Assembly: GCA_028534125.1 (NCBI GenBank)
Contig: CM052817.1
Coordinates: forward strand, 23,252,001-23,316,000
Direction of reading: 5' to 3'
Source: Lama glama
Lineage: Eukaryota
Length of the DNA stretch: 64,000 nucleotides
The notes under the pieces are model-generated. The model was not told where the DNA came from. It did not search any database and saw nothing but the letters and a program-made list of their open reading frames with translations. Below are positions 1 through 11,850 of this stretch, one piece after another (position 1 is the stretch's first letter; every line of letters begins with the position of its first letter). The position numbers and the translations under genes were made by a program.

Positions 1-592
1 CACGCCTCACTGAAAGAAAAACTTCAGTCTCCTGAACCCAGTTGAGTTTCAGAAGGTCTGGCTCAAGAGTTAATGATCAGAGGAATGAGAACATTCAGAG
101 ACAAAGAACAGCTGTCAGACAGGAGAACTGGTAACAATTTAAACAAAAGGTCAGCCATATACTAGAGCCACAGGACTTCAGTTCATCCCTGAAGGACATA
201 GATAGCACCATCTGACACACATTCCTAAGTTCTTATGGAAACCAGTCTCCCACCAGATGAAAACTGCTGACTAGAGGCATGTAGAACTCAGTCTGGTTAG
301 AACCAGAAGGTTGATGATTGAGATTCCTGAAACATCACCCTGTTACCTCACCATCCACCAATCAGACAGCTGAGCACAAGCTGATCTCACACCCTGCTAC
401 TCTTTTCCTCACAGTCTTTCAAAGCCCTAACCTAGAGCTGTTGGAGAGTTCATGGCTTTTGAGCACAAGGTACCCATTCTCTTTGCTTGGCACTTTGCAG
501 TAAACACTGTGATTCCTTTCACCACAACCTGTTGTCGGTAATTTGGCTTTGCTATGCGTTGGGCAAGCTGACCCAAGTTTGGTTTGGTAACA
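1..592 (+). mobile_element. ERV1-type LTR, 5' end outside the window; solo or 3' LTR
   Basis: Has a CCAATC box near 358, a variant poly(A) signal AGTAAA at 499-504 and the terminus GGTTTGGTAACA ending at 592. No TGG primer-binding site follows. Clearly related to the inverted LTR at 45739-46390. Confidence 0.8.
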
Positions 593-744
593 CCAGGATA
601 GGTTATTTGGTCGATGCTGACATAAGACTTTGTCCTCTCTCTTTTTCCTTCTAGAGCACTTAAATTGTTTAGCATGGTTATTTGTTTAGTGTTTGATCCA
701 CCCACCAAAGTGAAGTCAGTGTTTGTGATGTGAAATTCTCAGTA

Positions 745-905
745 CTAAGCATTTTATATTTGTTAATAACTAACTCATTTAATCCCATGAAGTGGTAATT
801 TCAACAGATGAGGAAACTGAGGAAAGAAGCTACTAGCCCATGGTCATGGAACTAAGTGGTGGACTTGGGTTGGCTTTTCCAGAGCCAACAATGTTAGTCT
901 ACAAG
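745..905 (-). mobile_element. MIR SINE fragment
   Basis: ACAGATGAGGAAACTGAGG core and CTCATTTAATCC, i.e. reverse-complemented MIR consensus. Confidence 0.75.
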
Positions 906-924
906 CTACACAGGCTCTGATCTT

Positions 925-1035
925 GAATAGTCAGCTTCAAGGGACAAGGCCCGCCTATTCTTGCCTGTGCTATATCCCAGTGTATAGCACAGCATGTACA
1001 TTTAAAATGCAATCAAACAGCTGTTAAATGAGTTA
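925..1035 (+). mobile_element. L2 LINE 3' end fragment
   Basis: TGTGCTATATCCCAGTGTATAGCACAG...CTGTTAAATGA resembles the L2 3' terminus. Confidence 0.5.
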
Positions 1036-1469
1036 TTAATAGTATTTTCACACTTTACTAGGATAAAGACAACCATTATTAAACATTGTGAGCTCCTAGG
1101 GAAAATCATTGGGGGCAGTCTAGAAAAGCAGTTAAGACCAGGGGTCATATCGGTCACCAGTCATGTGATCTAAATATAATGATATGAGTATATAAATAGA
1201 ATTTACATCATAGAATTGTAGAGAGAATAATAACATGCAGTGTCTGGTACAGAATTTGTTCCCAATTAATGTTAAATATCTGTTAATACCATAAAAGTTC
1301 ATGGTTTGTTGCAGTAAAAGGATTCAATAAAATATTTATATATATAAGACTTAGATCTGTCTTTAAGTCGGGAAAAGGCAAAAGTGTCTTTCAGTATTAC
1401 AGCAAAGTGAAATTTCCTACCAGAGAATTCATTTGTGGGTATTCGGTGCAATCCTTTATCCATTAGATC

Positions 1470-1870
1470 TACAGATATTTATTAAGCACTAGTTACAATT
1501 ATAGGCATTTTGATTGTTACTGAGATACTGGAGAGAGAAAAACATTTTTCATGGATCATACAGTCTTATGAAAAGAAAGGTGAATACTCATTACAAAGTC
1601 AGACATAGGACATAAGACATACAGAGCAGTGTGGAAACAGTAAATGATGTTTTAGATGACTAGAAATATACTGAAACAATAGCATACATCTATTGATTTC
1701 TAGAATGTAACAGAAAAAAAAGAGGAAAAACAATTCAAAATAAAGATGTAGATGAAGGGCCTGATCATTGGGCTCTTGTCATTCATGTGAGCATTCTTGA
1801 CATTTATTTCAAATCCTCAGACACTGCTTAACCATGCTAAGTCAGGGAGGAAACTGTGATAAACTGCAAA
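1470..1870 (-). mobile_element. Degraded L2 fragment
   Basis: ATATTTATTAAGCACTAG...TAGGCATTTTG followed by a purine-rich body typical of antisense L2. Confidence 0.4.
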
Positions 1871-4069
1871 ACATCATACTTGACCTGGATCCCATCTTAA
1901 TGTTAGGTTCATCCCATTAACAGAGAAAAACCAAATAAGCTCTAACTTTATAAACTGCAAATGAAGTATAGCCATGTTTCTGTAACTTGTCCATTGTCTT
2001 TTACTTAAAAGGTATGATTTGAATGTAGTATGTTTTCAAACAACTGTATAAGTAGGTCTACATGCCTGCACTATTTTCTACACCTTCCAAATCTGATATA
2101 ATGTTACGTACACCAGTAAATGGACCTCAGCCACTTCCTATTTTGCAAGTGCTCAGCATTTCAGTCTCCAGTTCCCCAAGCAACGTCGCCAATCCAAATT
2201 CTCATGGCTGTATTATGGATCAAGTTTCCTTGTATTTTGACTTCTTAATTCAGTGTCCATTGTTCAGTGGCATGTTCTTCCTCATGATTTCTCCCACCGC
2301 AAGCCCAGTTGTTTCCTGGATTTGTTACACAGAGCAGTTTTGCTCTGCTCCAGTATCTCCTTTAAAAACTTGTGTACCTGTAGCCATCACTCCACTCAGC
2401 AAAAAAAGAGCCCTCTTGTTTCTCGAACTGACCCCTTAGAAACTAGTGCAAGTTATGTCACAATTATAAATACACACACACAGACTCACAGACAACACAG
2501 ATCTGACTTGATTGTTAGCCAGAACAGATGGATTATATATAATTATGAAGTATTATCTGTTTTCTTGTTAATAGAATGATCTTTATTTTTTCCTTATAAC
2601 TATTTGAAATATTACATTTACATTAGCTTTATATTTTAACTTGGAAACAGTCATAATTTTTTTATAACTCTTAGAACACCTTAACATAAATATTTGTGAG
2701 AAGAGATTTGTTTAAGCTTCTGTACCACAAGTGCTCAAAAGTAGCTGCGGGAATTGCACACAGACAACTAGACAGATACTACTCTGGAAGAGCCCTTGGC
2801 GACAATGGACTAATTAGTCTAATTATGCTCTTCTAAATAGTTTGTTTTGGACCTATCTTATGGATACAGATTCTTGTTAAAGCATTTCAAAGAAGGCTTG
2901 TTTTCTTCAAGTTTCATGAAGTGTTTCATTACATTAATAAGAACCTTAGAGTATTAAAAAAAAAAGTGCAGCTTTCATCTGAGTCATGAAAAGGAATACA
3001 TAGAATTACCTATAAAGCAGATGGCCCGTTAATCTAAACAACGATCATTCCAGGTACCCAGAGACACAAAGACAATTATTTCAGAAACATCAAATTTTGA
3101 AATTTACTCAATTTACAGTAAAAGCAAAAATGAGATACACATTTCCCAGAGGAAGCCCAGAGCTTGTGAACATTTTTATTTTCATCATTAACTGTAATAC
3201 AGAGAGCATACAAAACAGCAGTAAACAATTGTGAGTGATCTTTTTTCTTTGGAAAATAAAAATGCTCATATTGCTTTTGTCATTAAGCAGACAAAAAACC
3301 AGAAAACTTGATTAAGCCCTTCTGTCCTCAGCTAACGTCACATTATTTCCTTGAACTCTAAGCTTTGTAATGGTGTATCGTACTGAAACTTTCTTTTTTA
3401 TTAATCTTCCCATTCACCCCTGAATTTACTACTACTGATTTTTTAAATTCTAGTGGTTATTGTCAAATTCAGTAGATAGTTTTGTTCTTTGTGTTATTGA
3501 TGTCTTTCTGAAAATGTTAGTGTTAATTCATTTCTTTTTCCTTGAAACATTCCCTTATGGTAAAACTTTCTTCTGGTCATTTTCTTCTATCTCTAGCTTC
3601 TCTTTTTCATTATACTCCTTATTTTACTTTTTTTCCCATAACTTTTTAGTAATTCCATAAAAATCAGTCCTTGGTCAACTGTTCTTATTCTACAGTCTCC
3701 CAAAGGAAATGACTCAACTGCCACTCAGATTAATCCCCGGGTCCTCTGGGGATACAGACTTTTACATTCAGTGCAACAGCAGCCACACCCTAATTTAGAC
3801 AACTTCAGCCATTTCTCTAAGTATATACCCACCACTGTAGTCACTCCAGTCCATTCTCCATCAAACCATAAGAGAATTGTTTTGTAAATTGCAAATCACT
3901 TGTTCAAAATTCTTTAAATTTCATACTTTTCAGGAAAGATTGCAAACTCCTTACTTTTGTGCATATGAAATACAGCCCCCTTTTCACCAATTCTGTAAAA
4001 TTTTTTTTATCATAAGCTGTTTAATTAAATCACATGAAGTTTTCCCCTGTTTGTAAAACACTACCCTTT

Positions 4070-4370
4070 TCAGCTTGAATTGAGCAGCAACTGTTTGCCA
4101 AACACCTTCCATAGGCACTGGACCTACAAAGAGAAATAAGACATAAATTCTTCTGTTTGGGAGCTCTCAGTCTACTTGAGTGATGATGCCAAATAAGATA
4201 ATTACAATAAAGAGTTTAAAGTGTTATAATAATGGAGAGATGTACATATTATTTAAGAGGAGAAAGACTGGTGTGGCTTCCAAGAAGAGAAAATACATAT
4301 ATTGAGTCTTAAAGAATTCAAAAAGTTTAGGTGAAAAACAAGATAAAAATGGGATACTTAAGGATAGGGA
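4070..4370 (-). mobile_element. L2 fragment
   Basis: TTGAGCAGCAACTGTTTGCCAAACAC...GGAGCTCTCAGTCTA matches the reverse of the L2 3' end. Confidence 0.5.
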
Positions 4371-4479
4371 TCATTTAAAAAATTTTTATCTAGCTATCTA
4401 GCTAGCTGTGTATGTCAATCAAACTTTTATCTGTAACCTGGTACTTTCTCTGAGCTATGACTTTTGTTTTAGCTCTCAG

Positions 4480-5055
4480 TATCTCCACTTGATGTCTGAT
4501 ATCTACTATTGTCATCAATATTTAATATTGACTAATGTCTAGTACTAATCTCTAAAACCAGTGGTCTCCAAATGTTCCTGTGTCTTTCTTACAACTTTCT
4601 ATATTCACACTCTCCGCTTCTCAGAAAATGGGAGCTCCATTCTTCTAGTTTCATAGGCCAAAAACTTTTAAATCACCTTGATTCCAATCTGTTTGCTCTT
4701 TTCTCCATCTAGAAAATACTTTCCCCATCTCACTGTTTACTGCCTCATCTTCTTCAGATTTTTTGCTCAAATGTCCTTGTTGTTTTTCTGAAACTTACCC
4801 TAATTATTAGATTTTTAAACTGCAGACACTTTCCCAGCCATCTTTGTTTCCCATTCCTGCTGTATTTACTTCTGAAGTACTTACCATGTGATATGTTATA
4901 TGTTTACCACTTGTTTGCTTATTAAACATCTTCTCCCACTGAAGTGTATACCCTGTGAGAACAGGCGCTTTTGTCTGCTTGGTTCACTGCAGTATAGCTA
5001 GTAATCAGGGAGTTACCAGCACATATTAGGTATTTATGAAATATTTGATAATTGA
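4480..5055 (+). mobile_element. L2 fragment including the 3' end
   Basis: Pyrimidine-rich body ending ACAGGCGCTTTTGTCTGCTTGGTTCACTGCAGTAT...GCACATATTAGGTATTTATGAAATATTTG. Confidence 0.7.
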
Positions 5056-5284
5056 GGCAGTAGATATGTGAATTCATTATCAAACCATATTGCTGTTTTG
5101 TAAATGGTAGGGCTGTCTGAAAATACGAAGTTAAATGAACTGTACGGAAGTATTTTCCTACTGTATTCTAAAATAACTAAATCAAACCTAAAATAGCTCC
5201 TCTGTTGATAGAAGGTCTTTTGGATCTTGTACTTTTTTATTGAAATAAATAATAAATGGTCTTTGTCACCATGTATCTGTGCTT

Positions 5285-5490
5285 TTAAAAAATGTTTTAA
5301 AGAGGTACTCTGATAAACATTTTTTATGTATTGTTTCATTTAATTCTTGCAACCAGCCTATGAGATAAAGTAGATTAGTTGACTCAGTTAAGATTTGCAG
5401 AGCTTATGAACATGGCTGACTTGGCAAAGGAAAAGTTTGAATCCAGGCAGTCTTACCCCAGAGCACATTTAAGCTACTCTCCTTTATACA
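5285..5490 (-). mobile_element. MIR fragment
   Basis: TTTCATTTAATTCTTGCAACCAGCCTATGAG...TTTGAATCCAGGCAGTCT. Confidence 0.65.
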
Positions 5491-7329
5491 GCTTGATGCA
5501 TGTAAAAGAACAGCGGTAATGAATACAACTTTGTCTCCATAAAATTAAACCACTTTGGATTCTTCCAAAGTCCCAATTCTGTAGAAAATATCTTGATAAC
5601 CATATATTTTTTAAGCATAAGTCAACTTCTTATGGCGTTAGGGAAAATGAAGACCAATGTTATATAGCCAAATCCTCTATATTTTATATACATATTTGGG
5701 CATATTTATTAAAAAAAATGTCTGGATATAGTCATATTTCCTTTGCTTTCTTTGTTAACGTTGTATGAAGATTTGCTGTTTAACTATTAAAAGACACAAT
5801 TTTTTAATCTAGGTAAACTATCTTCTTCATTCAGTTTTCCTCAGTAAATTATACCAGTTCTTTGCTACCACATCTCATGAGTTAAAAAGCCTCTGGTCAT
5901 GTTCAAGTTCTAGTTTTTAGTTAAAAAGTTTTAATGGATTGAATTTAAAAATTACTCTAAAATATTCAACATCTCTTTTCACCTTGTCTTTGTACTTCAC
6001 CTTCAAAAAACACTTTGATAATCTCTGATGGTAAAGGTCTGTGTAGATCTATTTATTTCTAACTGTTTCAAAGAGCTGAACCGGTAGTCTCCTCTGGCCC
6101 AGATTTAATTAAATACAGGTAGAATTTCTAATTTTCCATCAAGTTGATTTAGCAATATTGTATTCCTCTAGAGCAGTTTGGCTTTTTGTTGTTGTTGTTG
6201 TTTTTACTTGACAGCTTGTGTCAAAATCGATTCTGATTCCAAACAGATGGAATTTTCCCCTTTATTTTGCATGCTTAACTACCCAAAGACCTACACTAGA
6301 CAAGATGCAGCTAACTCTTCCTTCTGATGATTCTTGTCTTAGGCATTTCAAACCTCAGAGTTCCCTCCTGAGAAAATTATGCTCAGTCACTATAACTTCT
6401 AAGTAAATGGATTTGTCTTCAAATGTGGTGGGATCTTTTTTTCTTCTTTGTGAACAGCAGATTATTCTCCTTTGTACTAAATTAATGTCTGAGGGAAAAG
6501 AATATCAGAAGTTTGGCTCACACAATATTCCATTTCCTTGTCAGTGTCTACCAGGTCTTTTTGGCAGAAACAAAAAGGAATCACAAGCCACTTTGAATAA
6601 AACGTGCTGTATTAATCAAAAGGAAACACCAACACATTAATTTCACTTCCACAGTGTTAAAATTGTAGCCATGACAAAATATGGACTTAAAACATTGCTT
6701 TATAACAATGTCTTCAATAAGCCCAGTGCTTTACCAAAATGTTACACACCTCATGTTTGTAATTAAGCTGCCATACTTGCATTGAGTTACTCCAAATTCT
6801 TTTTCATTTGTAAGCAATACAGACTTTTAAGTTACATCTACTGAGTTTTCCTATAGGGGAAAAAAAAAAGAAAAAAAAAAACTAAAATCTGCAGGCAGAT
6901 GGTCAAGCCTATTTTGAAAGCCAGACTGAGAGTGTTGAACCTCCCAAGTTTTCTGACGTTTTTTCCCTGCAGTACGTACTGGTACACAACACATGTTCCG
7001 GTGGGAGGACAGGTTTGTCATCCCCTCGTGGACTAGCTCTGATGTATGGACAAGTAGTGGTGGAGGGAGGATTTCCTTTTCACCTCACTAGCTTTCACTG
7101 TTAGTTCAGTTTAAGGCATCTTTTGAAGGTTTTAATCCATTGAAAAAAGGGGTTGTCTTTTCAAGGTAGGTAAGGTTTGAGTAATCCTTGAGGTGACCAG
7201 TACAGCAAGCTATGAACAAAATGCCTTCAATTCATGGATTTAACATAAATTCTGAATGTAGTTAATGAATAATTTCTCACTTGAATGGAAATGGGAAAAC
7301 TGTCTGAATTGGCTCATCTTCTTTTAACT

Positions 7330-7730
7330 CTTTATCAATTAGCTTTTGAGACATATAACCACTTCAAAACTTAGTAGCTTAAAACTGCACATTCAGAGTA
7401 CAATTCTGAGAGTCAGTAACTTGGGCTGGGCTTACCTGCGTGATGCAAATAGTCTCCACTTGGTTCTCTCATTTTTGTGCAGTCAATCACCAGCCCTGTT
7501 CATCTGGGATAGCCTCAAAGAGTGACCACCCTCTACTCCCTGGATTTTCATCCAGCTGAGTGGTTTTGTTTATCTAATAATTCTGTTGTTGAGCAAAAAG
7601 AGTAAGCACCAAGATATAAACACTCTTCAAGCTTTGGGTTACATCACGCTTGCCAGTGTCTCCTTGGCCAAAGTAAGTCCTATGGCCAAATCATAGGAGG
7701 AATAGAGCCATATGAGCATTTCTATAATCT
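7330..7730 (-). mobile_element. ERVL-MaLR (MLT1-like) LTR
   Basis: AACCACTTCAAAACTTAGTAGCTTAAAAC...TTGGGCTGGGCTTA...TTGGCCAAAGTAAGTCCTATGGCCAA, as in old MLT1 LTRs. Confidence 0.6.
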
Positions 7731-8021
7731 GTCAGTGACTCCCTGCCTTTATCAATGTGCTGTAATCAACTAAGCTGTCTATGACTTATAACCTTGCTCT
7801 TCTCCACAAGAAACTTGTATCAGTTCCTTCAAAGATAATCCTATGACTAACTCTAGTCCTCCAAATACTGTAAGTATCCTTTCTAACAACCTTTGTTGTT
7901 GTTGTTACACCCCATGGTTATCCTGAGGTGCATTTTCTCTTGTTGTAGTAAGCTGCTAAAATTTAATTGGTTGGACTAATGATATATTCCTGTGGTCTTT
8001 GATCAGTGAGCTTTATTAGCA
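7730..8021 (+). mobile_element. Old MER-type ERV LTR 3' fragment
   Basis: U5-like end ATATTCCTGTGGTCTTTGATCAG...CA. Family not certain. Confidence 0.35.
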
Positions 8022-8417
8022 TATGTTGAGCCTCTGTCAAGTGTTAGACAATGTGCCGGATGATAGCATGCAAACATACGTAAGGAATGGTCTCCATCCT
8101 TGAGGATTTGATAGTCTTCTTGGCAAGACTGTTCTAAAATTTAAATTATGAATACTATAACATGGGTGATATGCTTTTGTGGTCCAGGAATGTGTGTTTT
8201 ACAGGAGTTATTATTCAACCCTTAGCAAGTGAATTCTTAATGAGGATTTGATCCCTTCCTTATGAAGAAAGAATCCAAAAAATGACATGGAATCAAGGAG
8301 CACATTTACTTCAAATATATATATCATCTGCTGCCTCCTGCTGGTAGTATGATTTTACCAAAGAATCCACAGCAGAAGTTTTCCAGTTTTAGTGGATCCT
8401 CTCCCAAAAGAATTACT

Positions 8418-8587
8418 TTTTGTTTATTTGTTTCAGTTCTTCTATTTCTTTAATTTTTAACTCTCTTTTTGGGGTGGAATAATTAGGTTTATTTATTTAT
8501 TTATTTTTAGAGGAGGTATTAGGGACTGAACCCAGGGCCTCATGCATGTTAAGCATGCACTCTACCACTTGAGCTGTACCCTTCTCT
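8418..8587 (-). mobile_element. Vic-1-type camelid tRNA-derived SINE
   Basis: Minus-strand head GGGTACAGCTCAAGTGGTAGAGTGCATGCTTAACATGCATGAGGCCCTGGGTTCAGTCCC contains Pol III A and B boxes. It has a (TAAA)n/A-rich tail and a 14-bp TSD CCAAAAG(A/C)ATTACT at 8404-8417 and 8588-8601. Confidence 0.9.
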
Positions 8588-9119
8588 CCAAAAGCATTAC
8601 TAGACCCATATAATTCAGTTTAAAGTCTCTTAATGCAGTAAATGGTAGCTAAAAGAATACAATTTCATATTCCAAGCCTGAACATTTCCACCATTTTATA
8701 TCAAGAAATGACATTTTAAAACATAGTAGATAACTTAATGCTTTAAATTTCATATTTATTTGCAGAATGTCTATTTTCTTGATGTAATTTCTCTAAAGTT
8801 AGTGTTTGAGGATATTGGATAATACTAAATGAAGATGCCACTAGAAAATAAACACACATTAAATTCTGTTCTCCATCACTACCTCTTTATGTACCTCTTT
8901 CTATAAAAATATCTTGTCTTCATTCATCTTACCATTCTTTTCGAGGCCCCAGAAGAAGAGAGATTGCTCTTTCCTAAAACTGTCTTCCTTTTCTATTTCT
9001 CCTCTCTTCTCTCTGGACTGTCTTGGGTCATAGTCTATCAACTAGCCCCTTTTATTTATTTGTATTTTCAGTTTTTCCCTGCCAATGGGCCCTTTTCCCT
9101 TCTGGATACACTCCCCCCC

Positions 9120-9141
9120 AAAACAAAACAAAACAAAACAA
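9120..9141. repeat. (AAAAC)n microsatellite
   Basis: Read directly from the sequence. Confidence 0.9.
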
Positions 9142-11229
9142 GACATTTTTAGATGTTGATGGCTTTGAAAAATCTTCCCTTGACTCCATTTCAAACTGTT
9201 GTTCTGTATTTCTTCTTCCTGTGTTTGATAAATGCAATTCTAGTAAGAATAAGCTTCACAGAAATCCTTCTTCTACTGTCTATATTTTTTTATCTTTATC
9301 TTTAGATTTACTACTTAAAAATTTAATGCCCTTACTTCATTAAAAATGGCTGTCTTTGAGACACAAAGTCTTGTTCATTTGGCCCCAGTCCTCAGAAATC
9401 ACATACTTTTCTGCAGTCTTCAGTGTTCTCCTTGCTGAGAGAAGGAGAAAGCGGTGGCTGTGGATGGTGGTAAGAGAGATTTAGTTTATCCTGGTCTCTG
9501 GTAGGGGAGATCTTTTATCTTCTCAGGTGATTCTAAGAGTTTTCTCCTTCATATGAGTGTAGGTGACTTTAAAGGACATTCCACACTCACTTGATTCTTA
9601 ACTTGTTTACTTTGAATCATTTTTGTGTGCATTTTCCCAAATTACTATCTTATATTAAGGAAGGGTTCATAATTTACACTGCTTTGTTTTTCTAGTCCTT
9701 AGCAGAGGGTCCTAAACTTTTAAGATGCTAAGTATTTGGGGAGGCTATTGATAAGTCAATGATCTCAACACCCTAGTGTGTAGAAGGTATTTATAGCACA
9801 TTATGAAGTGGGAGCAGGCATAGGGATAGGAAGATGGAGTTTGTTAATTTTAATACTGTAGTATTTTCTTATTGTATCTATGTAGCTTTGTTCTACAGAG
9901 AGAAAAGCAGCAAATATATTTTAGTTCATTCCTTCCATTTTTTTTAATTTCCTTCTAAATAACTGAGCTATGTGTGACCTAGAAGGATGCTGCATCTATC
10001 AAGTTCCTGCAGAAGCAAATCAGAGACACAGAGGAGGGAAGGAGAGGGATTTGAGGAAGTACTTCCTTTCCTTGAGTTTCTCCGTTATTTCCAAGCAGCC
10101 AAGAGTGCCTACCCTTCCTATTGTTTTCAGTTCTGACATAGTCAAAGTCAATGCAATCTGAATAGGAATGGATGTCTTTAATGGAAGAATCAGGTTATAA
10201 CAGAAATTAACCAAGGTTGTAGTCTAAGTAAAATATTTTAATACCCTTGGATCCATTTTCTACAACATGTTCTTAAGCCCTTGGGAAGATTCAGCTGACA
10301 ACCCAATTTCTGTTTCAAAACAGACACAACAAAATTGTAGTGCAGAAAATCTGTGACTTGCCTAGATTGGTTTAAAATCCAAATAAGCATGAAAGAATAC
10401 ACATGAGTGCATGTGAAGAAGAATATAATTTGTATTGGAATAATAATAAAGATTTCATGCAAAGGTAATACCTGATAATATCTCTTGATTAAAAAGACAT
10501 GTTTCATATCATTAAAATACTTTACATTCAGATACTATTTGAAATTAATCATATATCCTAATCAGGGAAAATTGCAAAGTAAATAAAAATAGGTTAATTT
10601 GTTAAATGTTGGAAATATGTGCTGTAATAAGAGTTAAAGTAATAGGTGCGTTCAAAAAAATACAGCCCATTCAGCATAAAGTGTGAATCTATGCATGGGT
10701 GGCAGAATTGCTAGTGGGTAAATCTGACCTGTTACTGGAAATAGCTGGTTTGAAAGCTAATACCAGAGCTTGGTAATGCTCTTTCCTCAAAGCATAATGC
10801 AGATTTATCATGCTTTTCCTCTGGGGTAGATGAAGTGCTGACATAACGATTCGTTGTGAAAATCAGTGTGTTTAAATCCAAAAGGACAGACTACTTCAGA
10901 AACACTTTGCCTCTTTAAAGGCAATTTTCAGAGCTGTTGTTACCCAAGAACTTTGTCCAAACTATTTCCTCCTTTAAGAAAGCACTATAAATAAATCTGT
11001 CCTGTGACCTTCAGTTCTCAGCCCCTCCAGCATGTATAGCTTGTTATTAAAAGAGAAAAATATCTCCCTTCTTACTTAAGGTTGTATATATGTATACTAT
11101 ATCTACCTTATTATACTTTCTAATCAGTTGTCTAAAGTTGATTTGCATATGACCTCTTTTTGGAAAATAGAGAAAAGAAATCATTTGTCCCTGTGTTCCT
11201 TGGAGAAAGTGAGATGATTTCAAAACTTT

Positions 11230-11296
11230 ACACACACACACGCATATATGTGTGCTTGTGGACACGCACGTGTGGACACGCACAAACACACGCACA
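11230..11296. repeat. Compound (CA)n/(TG)n microsatellite
   Basis: Read directly; includes a duplicated TGTGGACACGCAC. Confidence 0.85.
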
Positions 11297-11619
11297 GTAC
11301 TTTTACAGTAATTCACTCTGACATTGTCCCATGTGAGGCCAGCATTCCATTTCTCAACCATGAAGCAACTGACTTTGACTTTTTCTCTTGTCTTTACCAG
11401 CAGTTAATTACTATCTTGAATTCTCTAAACCCAGCATTATATATTCTCGTCAAAATCTTATCCAGTAGTTATTTTTGTACAGATATATTATGAGGGATAT
11501 TCCTGTGTAGAAATGTTTGCTGTGGTAGCTACAGTTTCGTATTCTTTGACCCTGGCATTCATAAGCTGCCTTTCTCCCTTACGTATCTCCTAAAAAGGCA
11601 ATGTTGCCTGGTTTTGCAG

Positions 11620-11850
11620 AGCTGAAGATCTGGAGCCTGGCTGGCCGCACCACAGCACAATTCTGACACTTACTTATCTGTGAGAATGTGGGCAACCTGT
11701 TCTATAGTCCTGGGCCTCAATTTTTCTGTCTCTTAAGTTAGGATAATAATTGCATTTTTCCTGTAGAGTTTTTACTGTAACTAAATGAGTTAATAGAGGT
11801 GAAACACTTAAATGGCGACTGGAACATTAAAAAATGCTGTGTATGTGTAT
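11620..11850 (+). mobile_element. MIR SINE
   Basis: CTGGAGCCTGGCTGG...CACTTACTTATCTGTGA...GGGCCTCAATTTTTC...TAAATGAGTTAATA. Confidence 0.8.

Noticed and set aside
8510..8587. tRNA gene
   Set aside because: It is the tRNA-derived head of a SINE, with an A-rich tail and a TSD.
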